Under the pieces are notes generated by a model that was not told the origin of the DNA, ran no database searches, and saw only the letters and a program-made list of their open reading frames with translations. Made by a program: the position numbers and the translations under genes. Below are positions 59,211 to 64,000 of a stretch of DNA of 64,000 nt, in pieces (the stretch's first letter is position 1; each line of letters begins with the position of its first letter). The DNA is from an uncultured delta proteobacterium (GTDB taxonomy: Bacteria; Myxococcota; UBA727; VGSZ01): NCBI GenBank assembly GCA_963775425.1, contig CAVZJB010000016.1:480001-544000 (forward strand), in the 5' to 3' direction.

Positions 59211-61733
59211 GTGACGCAGCTCGTCGCCAGGGTGCCCGGCCTCACGGGACGCGGGATGCCGAAGCGGCTGGGGCCGTTTCTGTCGCCGTTCGCCAAGCGG
59301 TTCCTCGACCACATCCCCTTCCCCGCCGCCACCGCCGACAAGATCCGCTCGCTCGCCGCGGACGGCGCCGTCGTCGTCTGGGTGCACCGGGCGCGAAACC
59401 CCGTGGAGCTGCTCGCGCTCACCCGGGTGCTCGCGCGCGAGGATCTGCCGCGCGCGCGATACGTCGGCGGGCTCAACGTCGCCGGGCTGCAGCCGTTCTG
59501 GGTGTGGCCCTCGTGGCCCAAGAGCGCCGCCCGCGAGGAGGACCTCCTCGAGCGCTGCGTGCGCGCCGGCTTCGCAGCCGAGATCTTCCTGCGACGGCCG
59601 CTGACGCTCTTGTCGTCGGGCAGCGCGCTCAAGGCGCGCTTCATGGAGGTGCTCGTACGGGCGCAGCGCACGATGGAGCGCCCCATCGTCCTCGTGCCTT
59701 GCTTCCTCGCGCTCAAGCAGCGGCCCGGCAAGTTCGAGCCCACGCCGCTCGACGCCATCTTCGGCACCGTCGAAGAGCCCGGCCTCCTGCGCGCCATCGG
59801 GCGCGTCGTCGCCGCCGGCAACGCCGCGCGCTTCGAGGTGAGCGAGCACGTCGACCTCAAGACCTTCGTCGGCGAGCACGAAACGGCGAGCGACGCCGTC
59901 ATCGCCAAGAAGGTGCGCTGGTCCATCCTCCACCACCTCGCGCGCGTGGAGCGCGTGGCGCACGGGCCGGCGCTCAAGAGCCACGCGCGCATGCGCGCCG
60001 AGATCCTCCGCGACCACGCGCTCCAGCGCACCATCGACGAGCTGGCGACGTCGACAGGCACCCCCAAGGCGCTCCTCGAAAAGAAGGCGGGGGCCATGCA
60101 CGACGCCATCGCCGCCCGCTTCGACGTCGACATCACGCGGCTGTACTCCCGGATCCTCGACGTCATCTGGTCCCGCATCTACGACGGCATCCATTGGTCC
60201 GCCGAGGAGGTCGACAAGCTGCGCGAGGTGGCCAAGCGCGGGCCGCTGGTGCTCGTGCCGTCGCACCGCAGCCACGTCGACTACATGGTGATGTCGCAAG
60301 TGATGCTGAAGGCCGGACTGTTGCCGCCGCTCGTCGCCGCCGGCGACAACCTCAGCTTCTTCCCCCTCGGCCCGCTGTTTCGCCGCGGCGGCGCGTACTT
60401 CCTCAGGCGCTCCTTCAAGGGCGACGCGCTGTACGCCGCGGTGTTTCGCGCGTACGTCCGCAAGCTCTTCGTGGAGGGCTTCACCCAGGAGTTCTTCATC
60501 GAGGGCGGCCGCAGCCGCACGGGCAAGACGCTGCCGCCCAAGCTCGGATTGTTGTCCATGCTCGTCGACGCGTACCTCGAGTCGCGCGAGGACGACGCCA
60601 TCTTCGTCCCCTGCCACATCTCCTACGAGCGCGTCATCGAGGCCCGCAGCTACATCGGCGAGCTCGCGGGCAAGCAGAAGGAGAAGGAGTCGGCGCGCGG
60701 GCTGGTGAAGACGGCGGGCGTCCTCGGTGGGCGCTACGGCCGCGTGTACGTCACCTTCGACGAGGCCATCTCTTTGAAGGCGCACCTGGCGTCACGCGGG
60801 CCCGACCCGGACCGGCGCCTGGCCATCTCCACGCTGGCGCACAAGATCGTCTACGGCATCAACCGCTGCGGCGTGGTGACGTCGACGTCGGTGATGGCCA
60901 CCGCCTTCTTCGGCTCGCGCAAGAAGGGCGTCGACGAGGACGTGCTCCTCAACGGCGCGCGTCTGTTGACCGGGCACCTGAACAACAAGCCCGCGGCGAG
61001 CGTGCGATGGCAACCCGGCCTCGACGTCAGCGACCCGGCCGCGCTCGACCTCGAGCTGCGCGCGGCGCTGGCCCGCCTCGTCGACGACGGCCTGCTCCTG
61101 CGCGCGGAGGCCGGCCCGCGCGTCCTGTACCAGATGGCGCCGGAGGCGGCGTTTCCCCTCGACACGTTCAAGAACCAGATCCTGCATCACGTGGTGCCCG
61201 AGGCCATCGTGGCCACCGCCATCACCGCCGCCGGCCCCGGCCCCGCGGCGCGGGCGGCGCTGGCGGAGACGGCGCGCACGCTCTCGCGCGCGTTCAAGAT
61301 CGAGTTCATCTACCGGGTCGGCGTCACGTTCGACGAGCTGTTCGACGAGGCCGTGAGGAACGGCATCGCCGCCGGCTTCCTCGAGCAGTCCGGCGAGACC
61401 ATCGTCACGCCGGACACGCCGGAGGCGCGCGCCGCGCGCAGGTTCGCGAAGAACCTCATCCTGAACTTCGTCGAGGCGTACCACGCGTGCCTGGTCGCGC
61501 TCCCGCCGGGCCCGCCGCCCGAGGACAAGGCGGAGCTGAAGGCGCTCGAGAGCAGCCTCCTCGACGCGCTCAAGGCGCACGTGCTCGCGGGCGAGATCCG
61601 CTGCGCCGAGGCCGCGAGCAAAGCCATCGTCGAAAACGTCGTCGCGCTCACGTCCGAGATCGACGACGCTGAACGCGCCCGCATCGTCGACGTCCTCGGA
61701 CGCGCCCGCACCCCCCACGGCGCTCCCTCGTAG
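59211..61733 (+). CDS. plsB: Glycerol-3-phosphate 1-O-acyltransferase PlsB
   Basis: PSHRSHVDY (HX4D), AAGDNL, GAYFLRRSF, FFIEGGRSRTGK, ISYER. Confidence 0.9.
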   Translation: MTQLVARVPGLTGRGMPKRLGPFLSPFAKRFLDHIPFPAATADKIRSLAADGAVVVWVHRARNPVELLALTRVLAREDLPRARYVGGLNVAGLQPFWVWPSWPKSAAREEDLLERCVRAGFAAEIFLRRPLTLLSSGSALKARFMEVLVRAQRTMERPIVLVPCFLALKQRPGKFEPTPLDAIFGTVEEPGLLRAIGRVVAAGNAARFEVSEHVDLKTFVGEHETASDAVIAKKVRWSILHHLARVERVAHGPALKSHARMRAEILRDHALQRTIDELATSTGTPKALLEKKAGAMHDAIAARFDVDITRLYSRILDVIWSRIYDGIHWSAEEVDKLREVAKRGPLVLVPSHRSHVDYMVMSQVMLKAGLLPPLVAAGDNLSFFPLGPLFRRGGAYFLRRSFKGDALYAAVFRAYVRKLFVEGFTQEFFIEGGRSRTGKTLPPKLGLLSMLVDAYLESREDDAIFVPCHISYERVIEARSYIGELAGKQKEKESARGLVKTAGVLGGRYGRVYVTFDEAISLKAHLASRGPDPDRRLAISTLAHKIVYGINRCGVVTSTSVMATAFFGSRKKGVDEDVLLNGARLLTGHLNNKPAASVRWQPGLDVSDPAALDLELRAALARLVDDGLLLRAEAGPRVLYQMAPEAAFPLDTFKNQILHHVVPEAIVATAITAAGPGPAARAALAETARTLSRAFKIEFIYRVGVTFDELFDEAVRNGIAAGFLEQSGETIVTPDTPEARAARRFAKNLILNFVEAYHACLVALPPGPPPEDKAELKALESSLLDALKAHVLAGEIRCAEAASKAIVENVVALTSEIDDAERARIVDVLGRARTPHGAPS

Positions 61734-61745
61734 CGCGCCGGCGGC

Positions 61746-62453
61746 CTACTCGAGGTCGCAGGCGTCGACGACGCCGGCGTCGCCGCGGGCGAAGTTGCAC
61801 TCCGCGAGGCGCTCCGGCAGCAGCTCGAGCGTGAACTGCACCTTGATGTTTCCCTCGAGGAAACCCTTGTTCTCGTTGTCGCTCTTCTTGGCGCCAATCT
61901 CGAGGGTGGCGGACAGCTCCGGCGACGTCTGTTCGACGACGAGGCGCGCCGTGCGATCGGACGCCACCTGCGCGACGCGGTCGGGGTAGCGATCCGCCTC
62001 GCTGATCACGGGCGAGCGGAGGTGGATGGTGACGTCGCTGATGAAGGGGAGCACCTCGGGCGGCAGCGAGCCGTCGCTCTTGACGAGCGTGATGTTCTTG
62101 TCGCCCTCGCGGATGACGTTTCCACGGCTGACGTCGACGAGCAGCTCGTCGCCGCGCGCGATGTCGTCGAGGATGGCCTGACGATCGGCCGCGGAGAGCG
62201 TGCGCAGGTCGACGCGCGGGTCGAACACGGCCTGGCTGAACATCAGGTGCAGCACCACGGCGTCGGTGGCGCGATCCTTGAGCACGGGGGTGTCGCCGCC
62301 CGCGTCGGCGACGTACGCCGTCTCGTCGAGCCAGGCCGCGGCGGTCCCGCCGATGTCGAGCGCGCGCCCGCCGAAGTCGCCGCTGACCACCACGGGGCTG
62401 CACCCCGAAAAGAGCGCGCCGGCGACGACGAGGACGCCCGCGGCGCGCTTCAC
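61746..62453 (-). CDS. Hypothetical lipoprotein
   Basis: Lipobox FSGC, GC3 bias. Confidence 0.7.
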   Translation of the reverse strand: MKRAAGVLVVAGALFSGCSPVVVSGDFGGRALDIGGTAAAWLDETAYVADAGGDTPVLKDRATDAVVLHLMFSQAVFDPRVDLRTLSAADRQAILDDIARGDELLVDVSRGNVIREGDKNITLVKSDGSLPPEVLPFISDVTIHLRSPVISEADRYPDRVAQVASDRTARLVVEQTSPELSATLEIGAKKSDNENKGFLEGNIKVQFTLELLPERLAECNFARGDAGVVDACDLE

Positions 62454-63067
62454 CCTGCGCCTCCCTCGTCGTCACGCTCGCTGCCCGCGGGGGCGGCGTC
62501 GGGCGCGGGCGGGGTGGCGACGTTCTCCGCTGCACCCTCGGCGAGGAGCTCCTCGCGCAGCTTGGCGCCCGCCTCGTGCCCCGCCTGCTGGATCGAGACG
62601 CCGGCGTCGGGCGCCTGCGCCACCGCGCGCACCAGCTCCTTGGCGCCGCGCTGCACGCGCACCGTGCACAGAAACGTGTCGCCGATGCGCGAGACGCTGC
62701 TCGCGACGATGAAGGCGGCGTCTTTGAACTTCGACGCGACGGCGTCGGGGCACGGGGCCTCGGTGCAGGCCGCGAGCTCGGCGCGCACGGAGGGCTCGTC
62801 GACGACGTCGAGGCCGCTCGTCAGCGCGACGGCGTCCCGCAGCCGGGCCGACAGGTCCTCGACGTTGAGCCCGGGCGCGTCGACGAGGTGCACGGCGGCG
62901 GGCGGCGCGTCGATCTTCGCGGCGGCTTCGACCTTCGGCTGCGGCGCGGCGGCGGGCGCTTCGGCCGCGGGGCCGGCGCACGCCGCGCCCCCGAAGAGGC
63001 CGGCCGCGAGCACGGCGGCGGAGAGCGCGGCCGCGCGGAGGGTGGAGACGATGAGCGGGAGGGGCAC
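62450..63067 (-). CDS. Hypothetical lipoprotein (CsgG/TolB-N-like alpha/beta domain)
   Basis: Lipobox GAAC, CTEAPC, SSVSRIGD; start approximate; GTGA overlap. Confidence 0.6.
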   Translation of the reverse strand: MPLPLIVSTLRAAALSAAVLAAGLFGGAACAGPAAEAPAAAPQPKVEAAAKIDAPPAAVHLVDAPGLNVEDLSARLRDAVALTSGLDVVDEPSVRAELAACTEAPCPDAVASKFKDAAFIVASSVSRIGDTFLCTVRVQRGAKELVRAVAQAPDAGVSIQQAGHEAGAKLREELLAEGAAENVATPPAPDAAPAGSERDDEGGAG

Positions 63068-63146
63068 GGGCGAAGCATCGAGAGCGCCGGGCGTCCGGTC
63101 AAGCCCCGGGCGCGGCGGGGCCGGCGGGCCGCTGTATCGTCCGTCG

Positions 63147-63944
63147 ATGCCACGGCTCGACGGGCGCGCGCGGATCGTCACGGGGATCGTCACGGGGCTC
63201 CTCGCCGCCGCCTCCGCAGCCTGCGCCACCCCCGCTGCCGGCGCCACCCCCGCGGCGCCGCCCGCGCGAGCTGCGCCGACCGTGGTGGGGCCGGGCCATG
63301 ACGCCGTCGCACGCGCGCTCCCGGCGGCGCTGCGGCGGCTCAGGGCGCACGGCTTCGACGTCGATGCGCTCGCGCGACACACCCGCGTCGAGGTCCACCC
63401 CACGCTCGAGGGCTTCATCGCCGTCACCGGACAGGACGTGCCCGAGCTGCGCGCGTGGACCACCTACGACGTCGTGCACCTCGCACCGCTCCAGGCGTGG
63501 CGCCACCACGACGACGCGCACGTCGTCACGCGCCTGACCCACGAGCTGTGCCACGCCGCGCTCTATCAAGCGTTCGGCTCCGCGGCGCGCGCCCGAGACG
63601 CGCGCATCCCGGTCGCGTTCGCCGAGGGCGCCTGCTCGGTGGTCGCCGGCCAGGGCGGCGAGCGCGCGCCGCTCGAGGTGGTGCTGCGGCACGCGCCCGC
63701 GAACGCCCTCGATCGCGCGTTCTTCTCGATCGACCCCGCCATCGCCTACGCCGCCGCGCACCACGCGATGGCCTGGGTGCAGGCGCGCGCGCCGTCGTCA
63801 CCGTCGCTGTTCGCCGACATCATCCGGCGCGCGGCGAAGGCCGGCGGGCCCGGCTGCGTCGCGCGCGCGTTCGCTGCGGCAACCGGCATCGATCTCGCCG
63901 GGCTCTGGCCGGTGTTCGTCGACAGCCTCGGCCGGCGCACCTGA
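63147..63944 (+). CDS. Gluzincin (peptidase MA-like) lipoprotein
   Basis: Lipobox SAAC, LTHELCH...IPVAFAEG, AY. Confidence 0.75.
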   Translation: MPRLDGRARIVTGIVTGLLAAASAACATPAAGATPAAPPARAAPTVVGPGHDAVARALPAALRRLRAHGFDVDALARHTRVEVHPTLEGFIAVTGQDVPELRAWTTYDVVHLAPLQAWRHHDDAHVVTRLTHELCHAALYQAFGSAARARDARIPVAFAEGACSVVAGQGGERAPLEVVLRHAPANALDRAFFSIDPAIAYAAAHHAMAWVQARAPSSPSLFADIIRRAAKAGGPGCVARAFAAATGIDLAGLWPVFVDSLGRRT

Positions 63945-64000
63945 AGATGCCGCCATAGCGGCGCGCCGTCCCCCTCTCGCGGGCGCCGATGTCCGGGGCG

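Overview
Very GC-rich bacterial chromosomal DNA. Its gene content suggests Myxococcota or a related deltaproteobacterial lineage (inference): TPR-tandem cNMP protein, PilZ, roadblock/MglB-like, FHA, Ser/Thr kinase-FGE fusion, DUF1501 operon, CehA/McbA-type hydrolase and many lipoproteins. About 58 CDS can be supported. Housekeeping genes are lolD, lolC/E, lysS, fabZ, lpxD, skp, pyk, zapA, 6S RNA, ygfA, tyrS, purB, dut and plsB, interspersed with envelope and signalling genes. No CRISPR, rRNA, tRNA, transposase, integrase or phage gene was seen. Most notable: (i) a 7x30-bp tandem array, dispersed copies of it and a structured element behind 6S RNA that share a predicted ssDNA mini-hairpin fold (GC-GA-NN-GNA-NN-GA-GC); (ii) a five-gene DUF1501 / atypical CX6CH cytochrome / mini-catalase / double-retropepsin operon just downstream of that array; (iii) a small protein resembling sigma70 region 4 without its HTH; (iv) LysS with a ~130-aa insertion; (v) two tandem single-pass membrane proteins with cytoplasmic zinc ribbons; (vi) two hydrolase genes each interrupted by one lesion. 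All calls come from motif recognition by eye; no database searches were run, and start codons are best estimates.
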